A stretch of DNA of 64,000 nt from Bacteroidia bacterium (GTDB lineage Bacteria > Bacteroidota > Bacteroidia > 2-12-FULL-35-15). The stretch spans positions 36,906 through 100,905 of the forward strand of contig JAVHPE010000095.1 in NCBI GenBank assembly GCA_036170475.1. The letters are read 5' to 3'. A model generated the notes under the pieces. That model saw only the letters and a list, made by a program, of their open reading frames with translations, made no database searches and was not told the origin of the DNA. Every line of letters begins with the position of its first letter. Position 1 is the stretch's first letter. Made by a program: the position numbers and the translations under genes. This document shows, in pieces, positions 1 to 10,227 of this stretch.

Positions 1-261
1 ATATACCCCAGTTTCGAGTAGGTAAATTCAAATTCATATCCTAAATTCAAATCAACCGCATATCCACCTTTACTTGGGTCAATTACTTTATAAGGTGCCC
101 CTTTCTTTGTAATAGAGATTTGCGAGTTTTTTAAATCCCCTTCTTTGATCTTTAACTTTAATGTAACGTTTAAGTTCGGAGCAACTTGAGAATATAGTAT
201 AGTTGAAGAAAAAAACAATACTACCAATAAAATAATTTCATTGATATTTTTGGGGACTGCC
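1..261 (-). CDS. Partial CDS for a hypothetical secreted protein. The N-terminus lies near 261 (no in-frame ATG; probable TTG start) and the C-terminus is beyond the window start.
   Basis: Open frame on the minus strand from ~261 to position 1. The translation begins with a hydrophobic signal-like stretch (..EIILLVVLFFSSTILYSQVAPN..). The frame runs off the window. Confidence 0.25.
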
Positions 262-694
262 AATATAATTTTTTTTTTCTTCATTAGGTCGGTACAAAAA
301 TACTGAAAATTTTTCTTAAAATCTAAGACTACACAACCCTGAACAAAAGGGGAAAACAAGCTCTATGTATATCATTCAATATCAGCATTTATATTAATAT
401 ATCAAGGAATGTATTTATATTTTCAGGGCTTTCTTATAAAAAAACTTTGTGAAGTGCACCTTGATATTTGTAGTATAAATTACCAAAAAAAAATTTAAAA
501 GGTGCAGCGCACTGTAACACTATTTAATATTTCGGATACGTTGCACCTAATAAAACAAGGTAAAATTTGCATTCTACACATATTTCGCGGCTATGCGCTT
601 TTTATAAGAAAGTCGTGTTTATATTTTAGCAGGTTAGTACACTGTTGTTAAAAGTTGTAATTTTACCAATAAATAATTTTTATAGTATCATTCG

Positions 695-1480
695 ATGCAA
701 AAACTTTGCCAAGCTGTATGTACACTAACGAAAAAAGTTGGAGCTTTTATAAAAAAGGAAGGAGAAATTTTCTCAGCCGATCGTATCGAAATAAAAGGTA
801 AAAATGATTTTGTTTCATACGTTGATAAAACCTCCGAACAAAAATTAATAGAGGGGTTAAGTTTACTGTTGCCCGAAGCTGGTTTTATTGCTGAAGAAGG
901 AACTTCATCAAAAAAAGGTATTCACTATAATTGGATAATAGATCCCCTTGATGGCACTACAAACTTCATACATGGAATTCCATGTTTCGCAATTAGTATA
1001 GCATTAATGTATAACAATAAAATAGTGCTGGGCGTGGTTTACGAAATAAATCAAGATGAATGTTTTTACGCATGGGAAGGAAGTAAAGCGTATTTGAATG
1101 AAAAGGAAATAAGTGTTTCTGATGCTAAAACATTATCCGATTCATTGCTTGCTACTGGTTTTCCGTATTATGATTATGATCGACAAAATGAATATTTAGA
1201 CTTACTCAAACATTTTATGAAAACCACCCATGGCCTGCGAAGACCAGGTTCTGCCGCAACTGATTTGGCTTATGTCGCGTGTGGTCGTTTTGACGGGTTT
1301 TATGAATACGGACTTCAGCCATGGGATGTGGCTGCCGGAGCATTTATTATACAGCAGGCGGGTGGCAAAGTGACTGATTTTAAAGGAGCTGATAATTATA
1401 TTTTCGGGAAGGAAATTGTAGCAGGGAATAATGCTTGTTTCGATGAGTTTTTAGGTGCAGTAAAAATCTATTTTAAATAG
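695..1480 (+). CDS. Inositol monophosphatase family protein (SuhB-like)
   Basis: 261 aa. Contains the IMPase motifs IDPLDGTTNFIHG and WDVAAGAFIIQQAGG. Confidence 0.85.
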   Translation: MQKLCQAVCTLTKKVGAFIKKEGEIFSADRIEIKGKNDFVSYVDKTSEQKLIEGLSLLLPEAGFIAEEGTSSKKGIHYNWIIDPLDGTTNFIHGIPCFAISIALMYNNKIVLGVVYEINQDECFYAWEGSKAYLNEKEISVSDAKTLSDSLLATGFPYYDYDRQNEYLDLLKHFMKTTHGLRRPGSAATDLAYVACGRFDGFYEYGLQPWDVAAGAFIIQQAGGKVTDFKGADNYIFGKEIVAGNNACFDEFLGAVKIYFK

Positions 1481-1511
1481 GACGCATTAATAGTTAATAT
1501 GAAAAAAAATT

Positions 1512-2015
1512 ATGAGTAAAACCTTAATATTAAACAGCAAACAAATTCAACAAAAAATAAACCGTATTGCCTACGAGATATACGAGAACAATTACGATGA
1601 AAAGGAAATAATTATTGCCGGCATTTCAAAAAATGGTTTTATTCTTGCCAAACGTATTGCGGATGTTTTGCAGCATATTTCGCCAATTAAAACAAAATTG
1701 ATCGAAATTGTTATTGATAAAAAAAATCCACTTTCGAGCGAGATAAAAATTGCATTATCCGATAAAGAATTAGAGAACAAGGTAATTATCCTGGTTGATG
1801 ATGTATTAAACTCCGGCAGAACATTAATTTTTGGTGCGAAACCATTTTTAACCAGTCCTGTTAAACGTCTTACTACAGCTGTTTTGGTAAATCGTGGTCA
1901 CAATCGATATCCGATTAAAGCTGATTTTGTGGGATTATCCCTATCCACCACATTGCAGGAGCATATTACTGTTGAAATTGATAAAAAAGGGAAAGAGGCA
2001 GTATATCTGAATTAA
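1512..2015 (+). CDS. Phosphoribosyltransferase-domain protein (PyrR-like)
   Basis: 167 aa. Carries the PRTase PRPP-binding motif VIILVDDVLNSGRTL. The N-terminus resembles PyrR (QIQQKINRIAYEI...IIAGISKNGFILAKRIA). Confidence 0.7.
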   Translation: MSKTLILNSKQIQQKINRIAYEIYENNYDEKEIIIAGISKNGFILAKRIADVLQHISPIKTKLIEIVIDKKNPLSSEIKIALSDKELENKVIILVDDVLNSGRTLIFGAKPFLTSPVKRLTTAVLVNRGHNRYPIKADFVGLSLSTTLQEHITVEIDKKGKEAVYLN

Positions 2016-2407
2016 TTCAAGCGTTGCGGGACAATCAGTTCAAATTCAGGAATGATAACGTAAAAGCGGGCTTTATCAATTTTCCGTTCCATTAAATAGG
2101 TTCCACTCATTCTACCAATATCGGTAGTAATAGTACAAGCAGATTCATATTCAAAAACCTCCCCTGGTTCCAGCATTGGCTGTTCTCCGGCTACACCATC
2201 CCCATCCACATTGGTAAACTCGTTGCTTGAATCAAAAATATCCCAATGGCGAGAAACTAATTTAACAGCGTAATCGCTTTTATTCTCAATTGTTATAATG
2301 TACATAAAAAGAAAATGACGGTTTTCCGCATTTGAATGCTCCGTGTGAAACTTAGTTTCAACACTTATTTTTATACCGTGCGTTGCTTGTGTGGCTTGCG
2401 TTCCCAT
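2012..2407 (-). CDS. apaG: ApaG (DUF525) protein
   Basis: 131 aa. Aligns along its length to E. coli ApaG (I.V.VE..Y..E.S......F.Y.ITI.N......L..R.W.I......V.G.GVVG.QP.L.PGE.F.Y.S). Confidence 0.85.
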   Translation of the reverse strand: MGTQATQATHGIKISVETKFHTEHSNAENRHFLFMYIITIENKSDYAVKLVSRHWDIFDSSNEFTNVDGDGVAGEQPMLEPGEVFEYESACTITTDIGRMSGTYLMERKIDKARFYVIIPEFELIVPQRLN

Positions 2408-2675
2408 AACATTATATTTTAGTATGTGAAAAATATTACCGAGATAATATTAAACATTACTTTTTCAATTAAACAAGTATTAAGCCAGAAAGTTTAAACC
2501 GAATAATCTGATAACTTTTTACAATTAAATTAAATTCTAATTTTCCTTTATTCTTAATCTACCTGTTAGATGTAAAAGAATAAAAAAAGGTTGCAAATGT
2601 AAAAAAATTTCGGATTTAATTTAAAAAAGTTTCAGGTTCAGTGTCTTAGCCACAAACCTTAAACCAGAAGGATAT

Positions 2676-4040
2676 TTATCTCATGGAATTTAATCGTTTT
2701 ACTCCGATTAACTGGTCGTAAAAAGTGCCTTGTTGGCGGTGATAAACATAAATTGTATAATCGTTTTCGGTTTCGTAGTGCATTCCTTCTATTAACGTTT
2801 CATCGGCAGCCGTCACACCATCTTTCAAAAACGTATATTCATAGTTATAATATCCCTGCTTCAGATACAAAGTGCATTCGTACCCAAATCGCTTTTGGTT
2901 ATAATGCATTAAATTTTCCTGATTACATTTCCATGCATTAAATGCACCAAAAACATATAAGTTACCATCAGTTAACAGGGCATCATATTGAAGAAAAAAA
3001 TGTACGTAACAATAATCAGCCTCCACTTCACTATTATTTCCCTCTTGTACTTTTACCAGAAAATTTCCATTAATATCAGTATAAGTAGTATATCTTTTAA
3101 ATGTTCGTTTTTCATCCGATACTAAATTTACCTGATTTCCTGAGGAATCAATATTTACCTTAGCAATTCGCTCAGACTGATAGCGAATACTTTTAATATC
3201 AAAATACCTGAATTCATTGCCACCTGTAAATACATTGTCTTCATCGAAATCATATACAAGTTCCGCATCTTTTACAAATAAAGGTTTTAAAGTGGTTTTA
3301 GCATTATCCCAACGACTATTTTGTGTTATCACTACATTTAAGTCAGCAAAAGGGTTTGTAATAGTGTAGCCAGTATGGTTAATTGTAAAATCTATTTCCT
3401 GTTTAAAATTTCTATCGGAAATAATGCTTGCAGGAGTAACTTTTGAATCAATCATTATTTTATTTTGAAAAACCATAAAACGCCTTGTAATGACAATATT
3501 ATCAGGATTTCCATCCAGATACACTTTTAAAATATAATTACCGGATTTAGTAATGCGGGTAGTATTATTTGGAAAAACAGCATTATAATGTGTAAACTTT
3601 TGAAGCGTATTAAAAGAATAACGGTAATCGTTAATAGTATTATCCGCGAAGCCGTCAATATATTCAGCAGCAACCAAATCAGAAGGTTCCCAATTGTAAT
3701 TACATAAAATTATAGTATAGGAATAGTTTTTCAAATCAGCATCCAAATCATCAAAACTTAATTTTAATTTTTGTTCCAAATCAAGATTAAGGATAGGTTG
3801 AGATAATTCAAAACTTTCATCATGCAGCAATACTGTTTTAATTGATGGTTTATAAACATAATCATCATAACGGATAGTATTATTTCCATAATAATCGTCT
3901 ACTGTAGTATCTATATTGGATGGGGTATTTAGGGCTTTCCACAAACCGGATTTATTTTTTTTTTGTGCGAAGCAAATTGTATTCAACAATAAAAAAACAA
4001 GTAATAGAAGCGGCAGGCATGTGCATTTTTTGTTTAACAT
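2676..4040 (-). CDS. Secreted hypothetical protein (beta-rich, possibly DUF5103-like)
   Basis: 454 aa with an N-terminal signal peptide (LLLLVFLLLNTICFAQ). No motif I can recognise. Contains an A10 homopolymer in codons 27-30 (QKKNKS). Confidence 0.5.
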   Translation of the reverse strand: MLNKKCTCLPLLLLVFLLLNTICFAQKKNKSGLWKALNTPSNIDTTVDDYYGNNTIRYDDYVYKPSIKTVLLHDESFELSQPILNLDLEQKLKLSFDDLDADLKNYSYTIILCNYNWEPSDLVAAEYIDGFADNTINDYRYSFNTLQKFTHYNAVFPNNTTRITKSGNYILKVYLDGNPDNIVITRRFMVFQNKIMIDSKVTPASIISDRNFKQEIDFTINHTGYTITNPFADLNVVITQNSRWDNAKTTLKPLFVKDAELVYDFDEDNVFTGGNEFRYFDIKSIRYQSERIAKVNIDSSGNQVNLVSDEKRTFKRYTTYTDINGNFLVKVQEGNNSEVEADYCYVHFFLQYDALLTDGNLYVFGAFNAWKCNQENLMHYNQKRFGYECTLYLKQGYYNYEYTFLKDGVTAADETLIEGMHYETENDYTIYVYHRQQGTFYDQLIGVKRLNSMR

Positions 4041-4122
4041 ATCTGTTAATTTGAAAATTTATTAATTTGAAAATTTGAAAATGATCTTATAGAATAATCA
4101 ATTAGCACATTTTCAAATTGGT

Positions 4123-5988
4123 TTAATACGCCAAATATTGTTCATACAAAGTTTGCAAATAGGCTTTAGCCTGAGTCAAAACAGTATCATTTAAGGTTGT
4201 TTGCGTTTTCGGTTGTAATTCCTGCACTTTTTTTGTATTAAACGAATACACAATGTTTTGTTGTGGTGAAATCCAGCCTAAGGCATTTTCATTTGAATAA
4301 TAAGCAAATCCTTTTACATCTTCTCTAAAAACATTTTTGCTCCATACAAAATTGCTGTGAGGTAATTTTAAAGCACCTAAAATGATAGCTGGTATGTCAT
4401 TTTGATTAGTTATTTTATCGAAAACTTTTCCGCGTAAATTATCAACAAGAGCTCCACCGGTTATCATTGCAGCAATTCTGTGACCTTCCGGGAAATCCAA
4501 ATTTCTGTTCATTGGCAGATGATGACCATGATCTGCGACTAAAACAAACAAGGTGTTTTTATACCAGGGTTGTTTTTTTGCTTCAGTAAAATAATTATAT
4601 AAACAATAATCGGTATAATAGGCTGCCTTTTTAAAACGTTCCTGCTCTTCGCCACCATTAAAAGGTGTCTGCATAGTTACTTCAAATGGCTCGTGTGTGC
4701 TCAACGTTAAAACAATTGAAAAGAAAGGTTGCTTTTCATCTTGCAATCCATCGAGTTGTTTTAAAAAAACATATTCGTCATGTGCTCCCCATTTACTGTT
4801 CAATTGGCTTTTATCGAAATTATTTTTATCGATTATTTTTCCGAATTGTGTATTTAAAAGATAGGATTTCATATTTGCAAATTCTATTTCCCCTCCGTAA
4901 TAAAATGACGATTGATAACCTTGTTTCCTTAACTCAATATTCAGTGAGGGCAGCTGTTCGGATTTGCTTGGGGTAGTAATAATTGAATTATTTGGTTGGG
5001 AAGGGAAACCGCTTAATATTGATACCAACCCTTGTTCTGTCCTGAATCCGCTGCTGTACATTTGAGTAAACAACAATCCTTCCTTGCTTAATTCGTCAAA
5101 ATGCGGTGTAACATTATTTTCGCCACCCAACTCTTTTATTATATCAGCTGTCCAACTTTCCAGGACGATAAAGACAATATTAGGTTTTTTGCTTTTTGAT
5201 AGAAGTTGTGTTTTATCGAAAGAAGTCGGGAACAAGTCAGCGGTAATGCTTTTTGCTTTTTTTCTATCCATAAACAGATAGGGATTTTTTTTGTCATTCG
5301 CCTCAGCAAAACTATGTGCTAAAAACCAGATATTATTAGTTGCAATATGATTATTTATTTGCAGGGTAGAATAATAAGCACTACTCTCATTAATAGGTGC
5401 AAGCTGGAAACCACCTCTGTAACCAACAATTAAAAGACCCGGTATTAGTAGTATCTGAATAATTTTTACTTTTTTATTTTCAATGGGATAGGAAAAATTT
5501 GTGATGAATTTGAGATAAAATTTTATTTCAAAATAAATAAAAATACCACAAATACAAAATAAAAGCAAAACCGTCCATACCGAGATAAATGAAAGAATTT
5601 CTTTGGGATATAATAAATAATTAAAAGCTCTTGCGCTTAGTAAAGTTCCCCACTCTCCATACATTTTTAAATTAGCAATACTAAGTATTGACACCATAAC
5701 CATGCAGGTTATATTAAAAATAAGGTTGATGCGATGAATAAATCTATGTTTATAAAACTGCTGAAAAGCCCATAATAAAAAGGGAATAGTAATGGCAGAG
5801 CAGGCGGTAGAAAAATCAAGTGGCAAAGCATAAAAAAAACTTAAAACCGTTTCTGAATGTTGTCCATCTGGAATTTTAATATGATGATAAATAATGAATA
5901 CTACTCTGAAAAAAGCAAAGAGCAACATCCAGAAAATTATGAGTCTGATTAAGTAATGTATTTTTAAAAAAAATATTTTTTTTATCAT
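4123..5988 (-). CDS. LTA synthase / sulfatase-family membrane protein (alkaline phosphatase superfamily)
   Basis: 621 aa. Five or more N-terminal TM helices, then a sulfatase-like domain with LVADHGHH and FIVLESW... motifs. Confidence 0.8.
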   Translation of the reverse strand: MIKKIFFLKIHYLIRLIIFWMLLFAFFRVVFIIYHHIKIPDGQHSETVLSFFYALPLDFSTACSAITIPFLLWAFQQFYKHRFIHRINLIFNITCMVMVSILSIANLKMYGEWGTLLSARAFNYLLYPKEILSFISVWTVLLLFCICGIFIYFEIKFYLKFITNFSYPIENKKVKIIQILLIPGLLIVGYRGGFQLAPINESSAYYSTLQINNHIATNNIWFLAHSFAEANDKKNPYLFMDRKKAKSITADLFPTSFDKTQLLSKSKKPNIVFIVLESWTADIIKELGGENNVTPHFDELSKEGLLFTQMYSSGFRTEQGLVSILSGFPSQPNNSIITTPSKSEQLPSLNIELRKQGYQSSFYYGGEIEFANMKSYLLNTQFGKIIDKNNFDKSQLNSKWGAHDEYVFLKQLDGLQDEKQPFFSIVLTLSTHEPFEVTMQTPFNGGEEQERFKKAAYYTDYCLYNYFTEAKKQPWYKNTLFVLVADHGHHLPMNRNLDFPEGHRIAAMITGGALVDNLRGKVFDKITNQNDIPAIILGALKLPHSNFVWSKNVFREDVKGFAYYSNENALGWISPQQNIVYSFNTKKVQELQPKTQTTLNDTVLTQAKAYLQTLYEQYLAY

Positions 5989-6761
5989 TTAAGATACAGT
6001 TGTCCTGTCCCTTTTTTAGTTTCCTGAACTGTTACAGGATTTCCGTAACAATAAACATCACCAATATAATCGATCAGACATGTTAAATTAATTGTATTAA
6101 CAGTACATATACCGGTAGTGAAAGTATGAATCCTGGTAATATTAGTTTGTAAGTCCTGGCAATTTAAAAATGCAGTGCCTCCAATATCGCAATTGTGTTC
6201 AAATGTATAGCCGGATAAAGTTAAATCGCCTGAGCCATGCATGTGCGAGGTTACTTTTGAGTTATTCACGACTAATTCAATGTTCCCTGAATTTTTTGTT
6301 TGTACGTCAAACATATCAGTAGTAATCGTATTCAACCCTTTAATGTTGCCGGTTCCATTAGAAGTAATAAATTTTATTACCGGCATTTTAATATACACAT
6401 TTAAAGGTTTTTTATAACTACGAGTCCAGTTACAGCGGTTCTTATTTCTAATAAATAAAGTTCCATCCGTTACTACTGTTTCAACAAGTGGAACTATATT
6501 TTCTCCTGCTTCCACTTTTACTTCAAAGGTTGAATCCTGTGAAATAAACACGTTCAAATTATCTTCAACAAAAAACTTGTCAAAACCATTTATTGCGCGT
6601 GTTTCGGTTATAATCGTACCTGTTCTCTTAATACAATCACACCTGTTTTCTTTTTTGCAGGAAGAAACAAGAACAATTAACAAAAATGCTATACTGATTT
6701 TACTGTATTTTATTTTTTTCATTTTGGTACTATTTAAAAAAAAATATTGAAATTCTCCCAA
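5985..6761 (-). CDS. Lipoprotein, DUF2807/GIN-domain (putative auto-transporter adhesin head) family
   Basis: 258 aa. Lipobox LVSSC. Repetitive beta-solenoid-like sequence. Paralogous to the CDS at 41036..41782. Overlaps the upstream gene by 4 nt. Confidence 0.6.
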   Translation of the reverse strand: MGEFQYFFLNSTKMKKIKYSKISIAFLLIVLVSSCKKENRCDCIKRTGTIITETRAINGFDKFFVEDNLNVFISQDSTFEVKVEAGENIVPLVETVVTDGTLFIRNKNRCNWTRSYKKPLNVYIKMPVIKFITSNGTGNIKGLNTITTDMFDVQTKNSGNIELVVNNSKVTSHMHGSGDLTLSGYTFEHNCDIGGTAFLNCQDLQTNITRIHTFTTGICTVNTINLTCLIDYIGDVYCYGNPVTVQETKKGTGQLYLK

Positions 6762-6769
6762 ATAATATA

Positions 6770-6818
6770 CTCAATCTCAATCTCACATCTTATATCTCAT
6801 ATCTCATATCTCATATCT
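6770..6818. repeat. Heptanucleotide tandem repeat (CTCAAT x2 then ATCTCAT x3-4) in the promoter region of the DUF2807 lipoprotein gene
   Basis: Read directly: ctcaatctcaatctcacatcttatatctcatatctcatatctcatatct. Confidence 0.8.
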
Positions 6819-7926
6819 AAAACTGATACCCTAAGCCCCATTCAAAATAATCGGCTTTAGCCCAATGTGTAAGAAGTGTAAAATTTGCGATAAGGTGTTT
6901 TGTAACCAAATATCTTAACCCAACACGATGAAAAAATATTCCATTATAGGCTTGTTTTTTATACACATAAATACCAAAATCAACAGGCAACGAAAGTCTG
7001 TTCATATTAAAAGAATAACTAATTTTTACCCCGGACTGAGCAATATCGGTAATTTTATCCGTGACTATGGAATCATTTGCCCATACTTGTTTGGTAGCAT
7101 TGTTATACGCAATTTCAATACCACCACCTAATTTGTTTTTATAATTTAATGTTCGGTATAAATTTGCCTGAATTCCGTATGCAAAATATTCAGGCCCCCC
7201 TGGATTTTCAAGTTCTTTAATCCCAAAAACACCAATTACAGAAGGTTGCCAAATTTTTTTCGCGGGATAAATCGTATCCTTTTTGTATACGCAATTTTTA
7301 TTACCAAAAGCGTACCCTAAGCCCAAATTAACAGTAGCCATGTTTAAGCCTAAGTTGGGTGTACTCATTGCCGCATTAGAAGCGTGTGTTAAGCCAACAC
7401 CTGCATCCAATCTCCATCCTTTTGAAATCATTATAGCTGAACTCAACCGGAAGTTAACAAAGCCATTAAAATGAGAACCAATGACTCCATTTTGATGATT
7501 TTCGATTCTATCAAAATCCTTCGTTAGGTAGGCCAATCCAACTCCAATCCGAAAATTCAATCGGGCTTTCCGATAAAGTTTATTTAAACGAATATTTGTA
7601 TATGGGTAAAAAGCCTCCAGATTGCCCAGTTGTTGAGGATTCGCCAGATACATGTGCAAAAAGCAAACGCCAATTTCAGGATATTTGTGGATTTGCTGCC
7701 ATGTTTTAGTGCCATCCGTACGAAAAATATAATTTACCTCTGCGCCATAAATATGCCCCTTAATAACATTCGCCATATTATTTCGATGACTAATGATAAA
7801 ACCATAATGCCCTTGTCCGGATAGTAAAAAATCATGTCCCGGCATATTTTGAGCCATTGATGAAGCCGGCAATATCCATATAACTAACACTATTAATATC
7901 CTAAGCAGCTTACTCTGTTTAAACAT
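6817..7926 (-). CDS. Outer-membrane beta-barrel protein, acyloxyacyl hydrolase / PagL-like (lipid A deacylase family)
   Basis: 369 aa with a signal peptide. Contains the GVGLTHASNA (H-x-S-N) motif typical of PagL-family hydrolases. C-terminal aromatic residue (..GLGYQF). Confidence 0.5.
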   Translation of the reverse strand: MFKQSKLLRILIVLVIWILPASSMAQNMPGHDFLLSGQGHYGFIISHRNNMANVIKGHIYGAEVNYIFRTDGTKTWQQIHKYPEIGVCFLHMYLANPQQLGNLEAFYPYTNIRLNKLYRKARLNFRIGVGLAYLTKDFDRIENHQNGVIGSHFNGFVNFRLSSAIMISKGWRLDAGVGLTHASNAAMSTPNLGLNMATVNLGLGYAFGNKNCVYKKDTIYPAKKIWQPSVIGVFGIKELENPGGPEYFAYGIQANLYRTLNYKNKLGGGIEIAYNNATKQVWANDSIVTDKITDIAQSGVKISYSFNMNRLSLPVDFGIYVYKKQAYNGIFFHRVGLRYLVTKHLIANFTLLTHWAKADYFEWGLGYQF

Positions 7927-8100
7927 TTGAAAAATAAAAAATTTTAGTTAGCGAAATTATTAAAATTATTGGTTTAAAAAGCAATTACGCAACTAACGAA
8001 ATTACAAGAATTTACACATCCAAATGAGATAATTAGTAAATTCGGTAGAAAATTTTGCTAAAGTTTGTCAAAGTATATCGAATGTAATTTAAAAAAAACA

Positions 8101-8892
8101 ATGGAAGAAAAATTAAAAGCGTTTGAACGTTTATTAACTATAATGGACGAATTACGTGAAAAGTGTCCCTGGGATAAAAAGCAGACTATTGAAAGTATTC
8201 GGCATTTAACAATTGAAGAAACATACGAACTATCTGATGCCATTATGGAAAAAGATATGTTGAATATAAAAAAAGAATTGGGTGATGTTCTTTTACATAT
8301 TGTTTTTTATTCACGAATCGCTTCTGAAACTAAAAATGGAACAACCACGCTTAACAAAGGTTTCGATATTACGGATGTAATTAATTCACTTTGTGAGAAA
8401 TTAATATTTCGTCATCCGCATATTTTTGGCGATGTAATTGTGGAAAACGAACAGCAGGTAAAAGAAAATTGGGAAAAATTAAAATTGAAGGAAGGTAATA
8501 AATCGGTTTTGGGAGGAGTTCCAGCCTCGTTGCCGGCATTAATTAAAGCGTCACGCATACAGGAAAAAGCCCGTGCTGTTGGTTTTGATTGGGATAAGCC
8601 CGAACAGGTATGGGAAAAGGTGCAGGAAGAAATAGCGGAATTTAAACATGAAATTGATTCAAACATATCGAAAGAAAAAATGGAAGGAGAGTTTGGCGAT
8701 GTACTATTTTCATTGATTAATTACGCACGTTTTATGGATATTAATCCAGAAGATGCATTGGAAAAAACAAATAAAAAATTCATAAAGCGTTTTCAATATT
8801 TGGAGAGCGAAGCTGGTAAATCGGGTAAACAATTAAGTGATATGACCTTGGCTGAAATGGATGTTTATTGGAATAAAGCCAAAGAATTGTAA
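8101..8892 (+). CDS. mazG: Nucleoside triphosphate pyrophosphohydrolase MazG
   Basis: Contains MazG motifs LREKCPWDKKQT, EETYELSDAI and GDVLLHIVFYS. The ORF opens at 8065, but the conserved N-terminus (MEEKLKAF) starts at 8101. Confidence 0.85.
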   Translation: MEEKLKAFERLLTIMDELREKCPWDKKQTIESIRHLTIEETYELSDAIMEKDMLNIKKELGDVLLHIVFYSRIASETKNGTTTLNKGFDITDVINSLCEKLIFRHPHIFGDVIVENEQQVKENWEKLKLKEGNKSVLGGVPASLPALIKASRIQEKARAVGFDWDKPEQVWEKVQEEIAEFKHEIDSNISKEKMEGEFGDVLFSLINYARFMDINPEDALEKTNKKFIKRFQYLESEAGKSGKQLSDMTLAEMDVYWNKAKEL

Positions 8893-8900
8893 AAAAGCAA

Positions 8901-9482
8901 ATGAATTTTTTATCTCACCTATATTTGTCAGGGGATTCAGAAGGAATTATTATTGGCAATTTTATAGCCGATTCTGTAAAAGGCAGTGCTTTCAACCTAT
9001 TCCCACCTGAAATAAAAAAAGGAATACTATTACATCGTAAAATTGATTCTTTTACTGATGCACATCCTATAGTGGAACAGAGCAAACAACGTTTACGTGG
9101 TAAGTATAAGAAATATGCCTGTGTAATTGTGGATATTTATTATGATCACTATTTAGCAGCCAATTGGAAGGCTTATTCCAATGATGAATTGCACCAGTTC
9201 ACACAAAATATTTACACGATTATAAAAAATAATTATTCTTTATTACCAGCTAAATCAGCTCTTTTCACCAAGTACATGTTACAACACAACATACTTTTTG
9301 CATATTCAAAATTAGAAGGTATTGAGAAGGTGCTCTATGGAATGTCCCGCAGAGCATCCTTCCAATCAAATATGGAATATGCTATTAATGATTTAAAAGA
9401 ACATTATTTCTTATTTGAAAATGAATTCAGAACTTTTTTTCCAGACTTACAGCAATTTGTAAAAACCGAAATAAAATTTTGA
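8901..9482 (+). CDS. acpH: Acyl carrier protein phosphodiesterase AcpH
   Basis: 193 aa. The N-terminus MNFLSHLYLS...GNFIADSVKG matches E. coli AcpH (MNFLAHLHLA...GNLLADFVRG). Confidence 0.8.
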   Translation: MNFLSHLYLSGDSEGIIIGNFIADSVKGSAFNLFPPEIKKGILLHRKIDSFTDAHPIVEQSKQRLRGKYKKYACVIVDIYYDHYLAANWKAYSNDELHQFTQNIYTIIKNNYSLLPAKSALFTKYMLQHNILFAYSKLEGIEKVLYGMSRRASFQSNMEYAINDLKEHYFLFENEFRTFFPDLQQFVKTEIKF

Positions 9483-9500
9483 AAAAAATTTTAAAATAAA

Positions 9501-9947
9501 TTATACAGTTGGTGTTTCGTGAATAATAATTTTTTCAATCACATCGCCCTGGTTTATCTGGTCAATAATTGAAAGTCCTTCTACTACCTTACCAAAACAG
9601 GTATGTACTCTGTCCAAATGAGCTGTTTGTGCCCTGCTCATTACAATAAAAAATTGTGAGCCTCCTGTATCCTTACCGGCATGAGCCATTGAAAGCACAC
9701 CTCTGTCATGAAATTGGTTACCTCCTGTTAATTCGCATTTAATTTTATATCCGGGTCCACCGCCGCCATTACCATTTGGACATCCACCTTGCAGAACAAA
9801 TCCAGGAATTACACGATGAAATGTAAGTCCATTATAAAATCCTTTTTTTGCCAGGTCACAAAAATTTTTTACTGTTCCCGGAGCATCTTGTTCGTAAAAC
9901 TCCACTTTCATTGTACCTTTTGCTGTTACTATTTCCGCTGTTTTCAT
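9501..9947 (-). CDS. Peptidyl-prolyl cis-trans isomerase, cyclophilin type
   Basis: Cyclophilin motifs FHRVIPGFVLQGGCP and SMAHAGKDTGGSQFFI. The ORF extends to 10040, but the conserved start is MKTAEIVTAKGTMKVEF. Confidence 0.85.
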   Translation of the reverse strand: MKTAEIVTAKGTMKVEFYEQDAPGTVKNFCDLAKKGFYNGLTFHRVIPGFVLQGGCPNGNGGGGPGYKIKCELTGGNQFHDRGVLSMAHAGKDTGGSQFFIVMSRAQTAHLDRVHTCFGKVVEGLSIIDQINQGDVIEKIIIHETPTV

Positions 9948-10227
9948 TTTTATTGTTTTAAAAATTGTTTGGCAAAGATATACTGAAAGCAGGTAAGTTT
10001 TCATCTCTTTGCAAATAATCATTATAATACATTGTTGCATCCAAAAAATAACTTCAACTATTACGCTATTAACTTTTGAATGTTTATAACATCTGAAAAA
10101 ACACTAAAAATTCAATAAGAAATGCATCATTTTTACAATTTGTAATTATTCCCGATAACCATAGGGGGTTATCGTTAACTTATTTATTGAGGGAAAAGCA
10201 AAAAACAAGTGTTAAAATTTACAAAAG

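Noticed and set aside
1592-1780. Various 60-130-aa ORFs antisense inside annotated genes. This example is inside the PyrR-like gene. Others include 4686..4976, 8412..8666, 15456..15914, 18016..18312, 23141..23518, 39071..39451, 50302..50743 and 52732..53676.
   Set aside because: They overlap well-supported CDSs on the opposite strand. Their composition is typical of antisense frames in an AT-rich genome.
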